Source of the DNA: a virus
Lineage: Duplodnaviria; Heunggongvirae; Uroviricota; Caudoviricetes
Virus record (IMG/VR): IMGVR_UViG_3300015360_001243
Coordinates: 113,999 to 153,198 of that record
Strand: one strand, 5' to 3'
Length of the DNA: 39,200 bases
Shown: one piece after another, positions 8,917-16,997 of the stretch
Numbering within the stretch: position 1 is the first letter of the stretch
Layout: every line of letters starts with the position of its first letter
The notes under the pieces: generated by a model
What the model saw: only the letters and a program-made list of their open reading frames with translations
What the model was told of the DNA's origin: nothing
Databases searched by the model: none
Position numbers and translations under genes: made by a program

Positions 8917-10248
8917 ATGACTACTAAAAATAAGAAAACTCAGGGATACCTTTCTCCTAATGAATTGGAGAAGCAGGAATCCCTGAATTCAGAGAGACTC
9001 CGTAAGTTGACGGAAGTGTCGCGAGCGCAGCCAGTCGGCGCTCCGCTAAAGGCTCGCCCTACGGCCAATTTCATTGAATTGATGAATTGGACAGTTGATA
9101 GTTTTGGACAAGAACTAAAGGACTCTAAACTATTAGAGAAGTTTGTCCATAATAGAATTATCGTGGATGGACAATTTCTTCAGTTTTGTGAAGAGGCTAA
9201 TGTAAAAGTAACTTGCCTTTATAAGGATTCGGTTATCTCCTGGAAGACTGATCATAATTTTGAAAAGTTTTTTGCACAAGGAGTATTTCGTATAGAAGCT
9301 AAGGGTGTAGAATTTCTACACGCCGCCTTGTTCCACAAGGGTAACCAACATGAAGATGAAGTAAGTTTCTTCGTGGTAGTTTCTCAAGGAAACTATGAGG
9401 CCTACCTTGAATTACGTAATAAGTTTGATACTTGGATGGCTGAGCGTGATAGAAGCAACCTTCACATTCGAGTAATTGATGGTGAGGATCTTCCTTATAC
9501 CAAGGATGCGAAGTGGGCGGACCTCTTTCTCCCAGAAGATATTAAGACGGAAGTTAAAGAACTAGTAGAAAATTTCCTAGCTTCTAAGGATTTCTATATC
9601 GAAAAGAAGATTCCATGGAAGCGTGGTGTTTTATTGTTCGGTCAACCTGGTAACGGCAAGACCTCAATTATCCGTACGATTATCTCGGAATACAACTTCA
9701 AACCTGTAACTTTTGTGCCAGGAGCCAATGCCGAAGCAATGCGCGAGGCCTTTTCCTATGCCGAAGAGCAGAGCCCGGCCCTATTATACATCGAAGATTT
9801 AGATTCTCTTATTGAGAATGGAATGGATATTTCTACCTTCCTTAATCTTCTAGATGGTATTTCAGCTAAAAATGGTTTATTGGTCATGGCTACGGCCAAT
9901 GATGTTAGAAAATTAAAGGCTAACATTATGAAAAGACCATCAAGATTTGACAGAAAATTCGAAATTCCTGTTCCAAATCAAGAAATGTCTCATATATATC
10001 TTAAAAAGTGGTTTGGAACCATCATCTCGGCAGCTAAGCTCCGAGAGCTATCCAAGCTAGCTGAGAAACATGAACTGTCATATGCTTATTTGAAAGAACT
10101 TTATATCTCTTCTATGTTTGAGGCGTTATCTAATAACCGTAAGACTCCGACTGTGAAAGATATTGATAATACTTTTGCTAGACTTATCAGAGAAAAAAAC
10201 AGCTCTGATACTGGGACTGAAATTAATACCGACAAATACTTTAAGTGA
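8917..10248 (+). CDS. Classic-clade AAA+ ATPase with uncharacterised N-terminal domain
   Basis: GVLLFGQPGNGKT Walker A, LYIEDLD Walker B, FLNLLDG, ATAN...KRPSRFD second region of homology. Confidence 0.88.
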   Translation: MTTKNKKTQGYLSPNELEKQESLNSERLRKLTEVSRAQPVGAPLKARPTANFIELMNWTVDSFGQELKDSKLLEKFVHNRIIVDGQFLQFCEEANVKVTCLYKDSVISWKTDHNFEKFFAQGVFRIEAKGVEFLHAALFHKGNQHEDEVSFFVVVSQGNYEAYLELRNKFDTWMAERDRSNLHIRVIDGEDLPYTKDAKWADLFLPEDIKTEVKELVENFLASKDFYIEKKIPWKRGVLLFGQPGNGKTSIIRTIISEYNFKPVTFVPGANAEAMREAFSYAEEQSPALLYIEDLDSLIENGMDISTFLNLLDGISAKNGLLVMATANDVRKLKANIMKRPSRFDRKFEIPVPNQEMSHIYLKKWFGTIISAAKLRELSKLAEKHELSYAYLKELYISSMFEALSNNRKTPTVKDIDNTFARLIREKNSSDTGTEINTDKYFK

Positions 10249-10272
10249 AAGTTAAAACGGGTCAACTGGACA

Positions 10273-10653
10273 ATGAAAGATAATAGTTATAAGAAGCAAC
10301 CAAGGAGATATCCTTCAAAAAAGGCACCGAAGGGAGGTGAATCGCAGCCAGTCGTAGTCAACGACAAATTTGCACATATCGAACCTGTGCAGGCCCAACC
10401 CTTGGAAGTCAAAGTATACAATGGTAACTTTGATAAAGCTCTCAGAGCATTTAGGGCTCTAGTTCAAAAGGAACGTATTCTCTCTGTTTACAAAGAGAAT
10501 CAATCGTTCGAAAAACCCTCTGATAAACGCAGGAGAAAGCGTAACGAGATGAAGAGGAAACGTCATGAAATGAACAACCCTCGACCTGAGGGCCATTCTG
10601 GCGGTGGCAAGAAGAACTTCAAGCCACGCTCCAAGTCTCAGTCTCCAGAATGA
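10273..10653 (+). CDS. rpsU: Ribosomal protein bS21 with N- and C-terminal extensions
   Basis: VKVYNGNFDKALRAFRALVQKERILSVYKENQSFEKPSDKRRRK matches the bS21 pattern (VxV...ALRxF...EKPS.xRxRK). Confidence 0.85.
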   Translation: MKDNSYKKQPRRYPSKKAPKGGESQPVVVNDKFAHIEPVQAQPLEVKVYNGNFDKALRAFRALVQKERILSVYKENQSFEKPSDKRRRKRNEMKRKRHEMNNPRPEGHSGGGKKNFKPRSKSQSPE

Positions 10654-10659
10654 GTAACG

Positions 10660-11394
10660 ATGTCAACTGATAAAAAAGTTAAGGTTTACAAAAATCCGGC
10701 AAGGAATCGCCCGGAAGCCCATAAGCAATATGTGCCACAGTATCAACTTCTAGGTGTTGAACCTGAAGAATACAAAAGCCCGTTATCACCTGGCTACAAA
10801 CCAGTTGTGGCAACGCCATCCACTGATAATCCACGAACTCCTAGGGCCGTCATTAGACAGCCTTATGCTGAGTCCGTTCCATCTCCAATTGGTAGGGGTC
10901 GAGGACTTATACCTAATGTTGGAAACAATATGGAACAGACTTGGTCTGGAGTAGATGGTGAAGTCATTGTGGATGATATTAGCGTAGACCCTAACCAGAC
11001 TATGGTTGACAATAATGATTTCGTCAGTGCAGCCGCCCTTGGGCTGCCTGAAGAGACGGAAGAGGAGCTACCCTCTTTAGATGAGGTAGAAAATCCTCCT
11101 CGCAAGCAATTTGCGGTACCAGAAGAATCAAAATCATTTCTTACCAAAAATGAACTAGAAGATGCTCTTTCTCATGAATATCTTTCAACTGTTATTAAAC
11201 AGTTAGAGGAAGATGATTATCTATTACTAGTATCTGGGCAAGCAATTTGTTCAGGTCCAGAAGAATATGTTCAAGAGCAAACTAGACTTCTCATTTTCGG
11301 AGAACATGAATTGTATAATGGTAATCCCGTCTCAGTTGATGATATAGTAGTTATTAAGAGAGCCAAAATAAAGGTTGGCGTATTCTTAGAATAA
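10660..11394 (+). CDS. Hypothetical protein, Pro-rich and acidic
   Basis: 244-aa ORF in operon-like packing; no family recognised. Confidence 0.8.
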   Translation: MSTDKKVKVYKNPARNRPEAHKQYVPQYQLLGVEPEEYKSPLSPGYKPVVATPSTDNPRTPRAVIRQPYAESVPSPIGRGRGLIPNVGNNMEQTWSGVDGEVIVDDISVDPNQTMVDNNDFVSAAALGLPEETEEELPSLDEVENPPRKQFAVPEESKSFLTKNELEDALSHEYLSTVIKQLEEDDYLLLVSGQAICSGPEEYVQEQTRLLIFGEHELYNGNPVSVDDIVVIKRAKIKVGVFLE

Positions 11395-11403
11395 GGTACT
11401 ACT

Positions 11404-12216
11404 GTGACTACGGAACCACGCAAAGCTTCAGACATTTTACTTGAGCTAGAGAAAAAGCTAGATATTGCTTTGAATATCATTCGTACTCAGGATTTGAATA
11501 TTAAAATTCTTTCCAATAAGCTAAACGGCATTGTTGAGACTTTAGAAAAGAAATCGATTGAGACGCCGAAATTTACTGTAGAGGCTATTAATTCTATTCC
11601 TCAAGCTAGGATGTTGCCGCCTCAAGTTCAAGTTGGGGATGATCGAAATCTTCTAGTTTCTCCTGATGATAAATTACCGTTAGAAACTGAGCCAAGAGGA
11701 TTTAGAAGAACTTCTAGGCCAGAAACTTTTGCTGGCGATGATGCTTATCTTGCCAAACCTTCTGGAGCGGTTACTCCTAAGTATCCGGTACAGATGCCTG
11801 GTGCGCCTCCTGGAAGAAATCCTAACGCTCCTCCGCCTGGTAGAGAGGCCGAAGTTGTGGTCCCTGCTCAGCCAAAGCCTAAAGTAGCGGTGGCCCCAGC
11901 GCCAGAGCCAACGAAACAACAACAAGTATTACTTCAAAACGCCGTTCCAGTAATGCAAAGAGTGGTTAATGCTCATGGTAAATCTTTGTTTTTGGCTGAT
12001 GTAGAAATTATTGATTTAACTACTATGCAGCAGGTCGTTAAGACCAGGACTAATGGAACAGGTAAATGGATGGCTTCTTTAGGTATCGGTGATTATCGTG
12101 TTATCATCCGTAAGCTAGAGGCTGCTACTAAGGAAAGACTAGAAGTGACACAAGAAATCCATATCGATGGAAGTCAGTCACCTTTTGAGCTTCAGACCGT
12201 AATTATCAAATCATAA
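11404..12216 (+). CDS. Hypothetical protein: N-terminal coiled coil, Pro-rich linker, C-terminal beta-sandwich
   Basis: GTG start after TAAGG; C-terminal VVNAHGKSLFLADVEI...TRTNGTGKW...LGIGDYRV resembles carboxypeptidase-regulatory-like domains. Confidence 0.75.
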   Translation: MTTEPRKASDILLELEKKLDIALNIIRTQDLNIKILSNKLNGIVETLEKKSIETPKFTVEAINSIPQARMLPPQVQVGDDRNLLVSPDDKLPLETEPRGFRRTSRPETFAGDDAYLAKPSGAVTPKYPVQMPGAPPGRNPNAPPPGREAEVVVPAQPKPKVAVAPAPEPTKQQQVLLQNAVPVMQRVVNAHGKSLFLADVEIIDLTTMQQVVKTRTNGTGKWMASLGIGDYRVIIRKLEAATKERLEVTQEIHIDGSQSPFELQTVIIKS

Positions 12217-12239
12217 AGAATCTCGTAGATCGCCGATCT

Positions 12240-12247
12240 GATATATA
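12240..12247 (+). promoter_or_regulatory. GATATATA motif inside a GCCGAT/ATCGGC inverted repeat
   Basis: GCCGAT-CTGATATATA-ATCGGC-ATG (12232-12256); motif recurs in other intergenic gaps. Confidence 0.5.
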
Positions 12248-12253
12248 ATCGGC

Positions 12254-12937
12254 ATGCCACAAACATATAAAGTAATAGTTGCCGACCCGCCTTGGCCTTT
12301 CAAAGATACTCTCAAGATGTCTGACGTAGCTCGTGGAGCCGCAGCCAACTATGATTTGATGTCTATGAAAGATATTAAAGAACTTCCTATGAAGCAGTTT
12401 GCTGATTCAGATGGATGTGTATTGGCATTATGGGTTCCATCATCTCTACTTCAAGATGGTTTAGATACCATGAAGGCTTGGGGCTTTGATCATAAGCAAA
12501 CTTATATTTGGGTTAAAACTAGAAAACAAGAAAGTTTAAAAAAGATTTTCTTCAAGACAGCTTTAGAAATTATTCAAGATATGAATGCTAAAGTTCCTAA
12601 GAAAAAGATTCTAAATAACTTCTCAATGAATCTAAATGCTGCGTTGGCTTTTGGTATGGGACGATTATTTAGACAGACTCACGAAATAGCGTTAATTGGA
12701 ACAAGTAATAAAGGGATATATAAATCACTGAAGAACAAATCTCAACGTTCTGTTAGTTTGGCCCCGAATCTAAAACACTCTTCAAAACCAGATGACTTGC
12801 AAAAGTCTCTGGAAGAAATGTTTCCATCGGGTAAGAAACTAGAATTGTTTGCTCGCAGGCGCCTGGATGGTTGGACCTGTTTGGGTAATGAGATTTGCAA
12901 CGGGGAAGACATCAGGGATTCGCTCGCCAAATTATAA
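12254..12937 (+). CDS. MT-A70 family N6-adenine methyltransferase
   Basis: YKVIVADPPW catalytic motif, LALWV, WGF...YIWVK, GMGRLFRQTHE, HSSKP, KLELFARR...GWTCLGNE. Confidence 0.9.
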   Translation: MPQTYKVIVADPPWPFKDTLKMSDVARGAAANYDLMSMKDIKELPMKQFADSDGCVLALWVPSSLLQDGLDTMKAWGFDHKQTYIWVKTRKQESLKKIFFKTALEIIQDMNAKVPKKKILNNFSMNLNAALAFGMGRLFRQTHEIALIGTSNKGIYKSLKNKSQRSVSLAPNLKHSSKPDDLQKSLEEMFPSGKKLELFARRRLDGWTCLGNEICNGEDIRDSLAKL

Positions 12938-12953
12938 GAATTCCTACTGCGTC

Positions 12954-12981
12954 TTGACTTCCTAATTTTAAGGATTATTGT
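12954..12981 (+). promoter_or_regulatory. Candidate sigma70-type promoter giving a leaderless mRNA
   Basis: TTGACT-16 nt-TATTGT, then 6 nt to ATG 12988. Confidence 0.45.
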
Positions 12982-12987
12982 GTCATC

Positions 12988-13500
12988 ATGGCTAAGAAAA
13001 CGTTACTATTAAATGCTAGCTACGAAGTGCTTTCTTTCATTCCAGAGAGAAAAGTTTTCAAGCTCTTGTTCAAAGACAAGGTTGAGGTAATCTCAGCTTG
13101 GGACGATTACATCATCTGGGGCTCTGGAAAGTTGAAGCACCCCTCTATTTTGAGATTGAAGAATCATGTTCGTAGGAACTACTTCAACTCTAACTTCAGT
13201 CGTAAGGCTCTAGTTAAAAGAGATAGAAGCACTTGCCAATATTGTGCAAGAAAGCTTACAGCATCTCAAATTACCATTGACCACGTCCTTCCAAGGGCGC
13301 AAGGCGGTATTACGTCCTTCACTAACTGTGTTGCATGTTGCCAAATCTGTAACAACAAGAAGGCCGATAGGACGCCGGAACAAGCCAGCATGGTTCTTCT
13401 CAAGAGACCTACTCATCCATCATTTTCAGCACATGCTTACGTGGCAGATCCACAAGAGCATTGGCATAATGACTGGGATGACTTTTTAGGAAATTCATAA
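12988..13500 (+). CDS. HNH endonuclease (McrA-like)
   Basis: TLLLNASYE N-terminus, KRDRSTCQYC, TIDHVLPRAQGG, NCVACCQICNNKKADRTP. Confidence 0.92.
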   Translation: MAKKTLLLNASYEVLSFIPERKVFKLLFKDKVEVISAWDDYIIWGSGKLKHPSILRLKNHVRRNYFNSNFSRKALVKRDRSTCQYCARKLTASQITIDHVLPRAQGGITSFTNCVACCQICNNKKADRTPEQASMVLLKRPTHPSFSAHAYVADPQEHWHNDWDDFLGNS

Positions 13501-13556
13501 AAAGACGGTATCTCATTGAGATTACTCATGAAAAAGGTAATTAATGTATGGTTTAT

Positions 13557-13586
13557 AAGGGGATAAGGTGAAAGCTTTATCCCCTT
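13557..13586 (+). terminator. Strong hairpin after the HNH gene, probable terminator
   Basis: AAGGGGATAA-GGT-GAAA-GCT-TTATCCCCTT: 10 perfect pairs plus 3 pairs (two G-U) closing a GAAA tetraloop; weak T tail. Confidence 0.55.
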
Positions 13587-13626
13587 TAATCATTCAATAT
13601 TACAGAATACTAGAATAGTCTCTCTC

Positions 13627-13634
13627 GATATATA
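13627..13634 (+). promoter_or_regulatory. GATATATA motif
   Basis: CGATATATAGGACGGACC-ATG; 9 nt before ATG 13644. Confidence 0.5.
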
Positions 13635-13643
13635 GGACGGACC

Positions 13644-13889
13644 ATGACCAAGGTAAGCTGTAACTGCATAGTGTGTGCTCAAGAATTTGATTCAGATGAC
13701 CTACAGAGCGTAGCCTTGTCCGAAATCAACGTGACCAATTTTAAGGTCTGTCAGGCATGCTTTGATAGTTCAGATCCAGCCGAGGATTATCGTGAAGTAC
13801 GTTCCGTAGTCGAATGGTATTCTACAGCTACAACAGCCAAGTACTATTACAATGAAGTCAAGGACATTCTAAAGTCAAGAAAAGATTAA
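13644..13889 (+). CDS. Small Cys-motif hypothetical protein
   Basis: 81 aa, CNCIVC and CQAC pairs. Confidence 0.75.
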   Translation: MTKVSCNCIVCAQEFDSDDLQSVALSEINVTNFKVCQACFDSSDPAEDYREVRSVVEWYSTATTAKYYYNEVKDILKSRKD

Positions 13890-14051
13890 TCATAGTAGTT
13901 CTATGATAATTACTTTACCGCCTTCATCTTTTTCTTCTTCCTCTTCTTGCTGAGGCTTCTCTATTGGAGGGTACAACTCAATATGCAGGGGCAGCGGCTC
14001 ATTTTCTTTCTTGCGCTCTGGCGTATGAATGAAAGGGATAAAAGGATACAT
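13890..14051 (-). CDS. Small acidic hypothetical protein (53 aa)
   Basis: MYPFIPF...QQEEEEEKDEGGKVIIIELL; GGAGG Shine-Dalgarno just upstream of ATG 14051 on the minus strand; stop abuts the convergent gene. Confidence 0.65.
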   Translation of the reverse strand: MYPFIPFIHTPERKKENEPLPLHIELYPPIEKPQQEEEEEKDEGGKVIIIELL

Positions 14052-14088
14052 AGAAACCTCCGCTGTATTAATATGTTGGAATATACTC

Positions 14089-14289
14089 ATGTTATGTCCC
14101 AACTGTGCCAAACTAGCTGCGTTACAAACTAACAAGACTTGTAATCGTTGTCAATCTCCCGTTTTCACTAATATTTCTGTGTTATGCGAGAACTGTTCCA
14201 ATGGTTCTCAGCAATGTGCTGTGTGTCTAAAGAAGATAATTCCGTTGGGCGCAAATGCCAAAAGAGGCTGCAACTGCGGGCGTAAGTAA
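14089..14289 (+). CDS. Small Cys-rich zinc-binding hypothetical protein (66 aa)
   Basis: MLCPNC...CNRC...CENC...CAVC...CNC; ATG 14089 avoids overlap with the divergent gene. Confidence 0.75.
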   Translation: MLCPNCAKLAALQTNKTCNRCQSPVFTNISVLCENCSNGSQQCAVCLKKIIPLGANAKRGCNCGRK

Positions 14290-14305
14290 GTTATATAGGT
14301 AAGTA

Positions 14306-14836
14306 ATGATTATTGTTAACAATGAAGAAGCTCTCCGCGTTAAATGCGAAGATGTGAAGCCTGAAGAAGTGGCTGAACTGATTGCGACATTAGAAGCGGA
14401 ACTCAATAATGCTAACCGTTTAGGTCGTGGCGGGATTGGTTTGGCGGCCCCTCAAATTGGGATCGCTAAAAACATCGCTATCGTTCGACTAGGACCATCC
14501 GCTAATATCGATCTAGTTAACTGTAAATTAGATAAAGGTTTTGATCCAACTCTTTTTAAAGATGAAGGATGTTTATCATTCCCTGGACGAGTAGAAGATA
14601 CTACTCGTTTTCAGGAAGTACATATTATTAACAATCTCGTGTATCCACATTCTTTTGTTGCTACTGGATTAATAGCGGTTGTTTGTCAACATGAATTAGA
14701 TCATTTGAATGAAACTTTGATTATGGATCGTAAGGTCCCTAAGTTAGTTCCAATAGTTAATAAGAAAAAGGCTGGCCCAAACGATCCCTGCACTTGTGGG
14801 TCGGGTAAGAAATATAAAAAGTGCTGTAATAAGTGA
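14306..14836 (+). CDS. def: Peptide deformylase with C-terminal SEC-C motif
   Basis: [23 protein letters not shown] motifs; [18 protein letters not shown] tail. Confidence 0.93.
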   Translation: MIIVNNEEALRVKCEDVKPEEVAELIATLEAELNNANRLGRGGIGLAAPQIGIAKNIAIVRLGPSANIDLVNCKLDKGFDPTLFKDEGCLSFPGRVEDTTRFQEVHIINNLVYPHSFVATGLIAVVCQHELDHLNETLIMDRKVPKLVPIVNKKKAGPNDPCTCGSGKKYKKCCNK

Positions 14837-14842
14837 GGACCA

Positions 14843-15076
14843 ATGACTAATAAACCCGATGTACTATCTAATGATTTACTTATTGCTGATGCTCTCCTAA
14901 GACTAAAGGCAATAGAAAATTTGCTTATTGCCAAAGGAATCTTTTCTAGAGATGAGTTTAATGCTGAGATGACCTCAATCACCAAAGTTATCGCAAAGGC
15001 TCTTCTAGAAAAAGCTAATGTTTCTGGAAATCTAGATGAATTAATTGAATCCCTAGGAAAGGGCTCAGATAATTAA
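14843..15076 (+). CDS. Hypothetical protein (77 aa)
   Basis: ORF with GAGG SD; coupled to next gene by TAATG. Confidence 0.75.
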   Translation: MTNKPDVLSNDLLIADALLRLKAIENLLIAKGIFSRDEFNAEMTSITKVIAKALLEKANVSGNLDELIESLGKGSDN

Positions 15077-15390
15077 TGCGGTTTCTTACTCAAGAAGAAG
15101 ATTTCAAATTAACGTCTAAAACGCAATCTTTATATTTTTACGCCTCCTGGATGCCCTTTCATAAGAAAATGCTCGTAATGATTGGTAAAATGGAAGAGAA
15201 GCATAAGGATATTGAGTTTATTGCTATTGATACGGACCATTTTAAAGGGTTATGTAAAAGATTTACTATTGATCAAATACCCTCTGTTTTGATTGTTAAA
15301 GATGGTATTGAAATAAAAAGAATAACTGGGCTGGTTTTAACTAGTGCATTTAGAAGCGCATTTGCTGATATATGTAGTTCTGAATCCTAA
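15076..15390 (+). CDS. Thioredoxin-fold protein lacking CxxC
   Basis: LYFYASWMPFH at the WCxxC position, FIAIDTD, IDQIPSVLIVKDG.EIKRITG. Confidence 0.8.
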   Translation: MRFLTQEEDFKLTSKTQSLYFYASWMPFHKKMLVMIGKMEEKHKDIEFIAIDTDHFKGLCKRFTIDQIPSVLIVKDGIEIKRITGLVLTSAFRSAFADICSSES

Positions 15391-15406
15391 AATATTGGAG
15401 TATTTC

Positions 15407-15751
15407 ATGACCGTTAAGAAAGCCGTTAAAGAGCCTACGTTAGCACAACAAGCTGCCGCTGAATTGCAAACTAGGGATGCAGAGACCGCAAAGAAGATCC
15501 AGAGCACCGAAGCTGGAGACATTTGGAACGAGATTAAGGATAAGGGCATTGAAATGTTTGCCCTCCCAGATCAAAAAGTTCATATGCATGTTCATCCCGT
15601 TAATATTGAGCCAAGTAAGTTGTATTTACTACTAAATTCTTCATCCGTTCTTCCGTCACTAGAAACAGCGATAGGCAAGAATTATGTTGTCGAGCTAGTT
15701 AACAAGTATGTTAGTGTTGCTCGTGCAGTAGTTCCTGCAACCGCTAAATGA
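15407..15751 (+). CDS. Hypothetical protein (114 aa)
   Basis: ATG 15407 preceded by GGAG; the 15344 start overlaps the upstream gene. Confidence 0.78.
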   Translation: MTVKKAVKEPTLAQQAAAELQTRDAETAKKIQSTEAGDIWNEIKDKGIEMFALPDQKVHMHVHPVNIEPSKLYLLLNSSSVLPSLETAIGKNYVVELVNKYVSVARAVVPATAK

Positions 15752-15757
15752 GGTCTT

Positions 15758-16273
15758 ATGCCATTTGATGATGAAGATACAGATCAACCATCTATTCAGT
15801 CCCAAAAAGTAGGTCTGAAAAATGTTAGTACTCAAAAATCTATTTTTGATTCAATGCCCAAGAAGCCCTCTCAGGATGATTTAGATCGTAAAGTGAAAGT
15901 CATTCAAGAGAGAGCTTCTCATCATAAAGCTAAGGCTGCCGATTTAGCGATGCAATTCAATAAATCTATGGCTGATAAAACTTTAGCTCAGAATAGAAAT
16001 CAGTTTCAAGCTTCTTTGGAAAAGGAATTATTAGGACAGATGGTTCAACTTGCTATTGATATCAATGACGATAGAAATGAAGCTCATGAGGGAATGGGCT
16101 CTTTAAGTTGGGTTGTTCTTTTATTGAAGACATGTTTCGCTCAAAGAGACAAAATTAATTCTCTTGAATATCAGGTTTCTCAATTAACGGCCAAGACCGA
16201 CCCTAAAAATCTTTCTGATTTGATTTCAAAAGAAATTGAGAAGGCTCTTGACAAATTCACAAAGAGTGAGTAA
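15758..16273 (+). CDS. Hypothetical coiled-coil protein
   Basis: 171-aa ORF with GAGG SD; no family recognised. Confidence 0.8.
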   Translation: MPFDDEDTDQPSIQSQKVGLKNVSTQKSIFDSMPKKPSQDDLDRKVKVIQERASHHKAKAADLAMQFNKSMADKTLAQNRNQFQASLEKELLGQMVQLAIDINDDRNEAHEGMGSLSWVVLLLKTCFAQRDKINSLEYQVSQLTAKTDPKNLSDLISKEIEKALDKFTKSE

Positions 16274-16276
16274 CTT
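16248..16276 (+). promoter_or_regulatory. Candidate sigma70 promoter embedded in the upstream gene end
   Basis: TTGACA-17 nt-TAACTT, then 5 nt to ATG 16282. Confidence 0.55.
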
Positions 16277-16281
16277 CTGCC

Positions 16282-16461
16282 ATGGTAACTAAAGAAACCC
16301 TGATGTCCCTTATTTCTGAGGAAAAGGATAACTTTAGTAGGTACACTCAACTATGCGCAATGTATCAAATACAACCGGACCCGTTAGCTACGGCGAAGCA
16401 TCTTGGGAGACTGGAAACGCTCCAGAAGCTTCTACAGGAAAAAGTTACGATCAAGAGCTAA
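16282..16461 (+). CDS. Small hypothetical protein (59 aa), not in ORF track
   Basis: MVTKETLMSLISEEKDNFSRYTQLCAMYQIQPDPLATAKHLGRLETLQKLLQEKVTIKS*; fills the gap after 16273 and sits directly under a promoter. Confidence 0.55.
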   Translation: MVTKETLMSLISEEKDNFSRYTQLCAMYQIQPDPLATAKHLGRLETLQKLLQEKVTIKS

Positions 16462-16997
16462 TCCTACAGGCTAATACCGTGCCACTGATGTCTGTCTTCA
16501 GACATTACAATATTCGAGTTGACGCTGTTCGATGTATCATCGTATGTCCATTTAAGTCCCATAAAGGAGGTCGAGAAAACTCGGGCTCCTTTAAGTATTT
16601 TGCGGATACGAATAGTTTCTGTTGTTTTGGATGCAAGACAGGTGGGTCCTGGGCTCACGGCGTTGAATTCATTGCAGCAATGGATGGAATTAGTCGTAGT
16701 AAATCGGCTATGAAGATTGTTAGATTGTTTGGCGATGAGATTGATGTCGACGGCATCGATGACTTGCAGATGGAGAATTTTGCTGAAAAATTCGAAATCA
16801 TGATGGGCTTTTCCAATTATGTTAGGGACTTGCGCCAGAACAATTTAGATGAAAAATCCGCAGCGTACATAGAGGACGTGTGCAGGGTATATGATAGAAT
16901 GAACTTCCGACATAAGCTTACTATTGAGGCATTGCGCCGAATTGTTGATGAGCTTAAAGAGGATATTAGATTACATACAATATGTCCCACGCCATAA
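16353..16997 (+). CDS. Stand-alone CHC2 zinc-finger protein (DnaG primase zinc-binding domain)
   Basis: CPFKSH...ENSGSF...NSFCCFGCKTGG...VEFIAAMDGIS...A pattern of the primase ZBD; no Toprim domain follows. Confidence 0.8.
   Translation: MRNVSNTTGPVSYGEASWETGNAPEASTGKSYDQELILQANTVPLMSVFRHYNIRVDAVRCIIVCPFKSHKGGRENSGSFKYFADTNSFCCFGCKTGGSWAHGVEFIAAMDGISRSKSAMKIVRLFGDEIDVDGIDDLQMENFAEKFEIMMGFSNYVRDLRQNNLDEKSAAYIEDVCRVYDRMNFRHKLTIEALRRIVDELKEDIRLHTICPTP

Noticed and set aside
8917-10248. AAA ATPase as the unfoldase partner of the ClpP pair
   Set aside because: It is a classic-clade AAA with SRH, not a ClpX/ClpA type; no IGF/IGL docking loop seen.
12715-12722. GATATATA copy inside the methyltransferase CDS
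   Set aside because: Coding context (KGIYK), 265 nt from the next start; one or two chance copies are expected in AT-rich DNA.
13626-13635. GATATATA motif as an NrdR box
   Set aside because: NrdR boxes are 16-bp palindromes (acaCwAtATaTwGtgt), usually tandem; the flanking CAC/GTG arms are absent.
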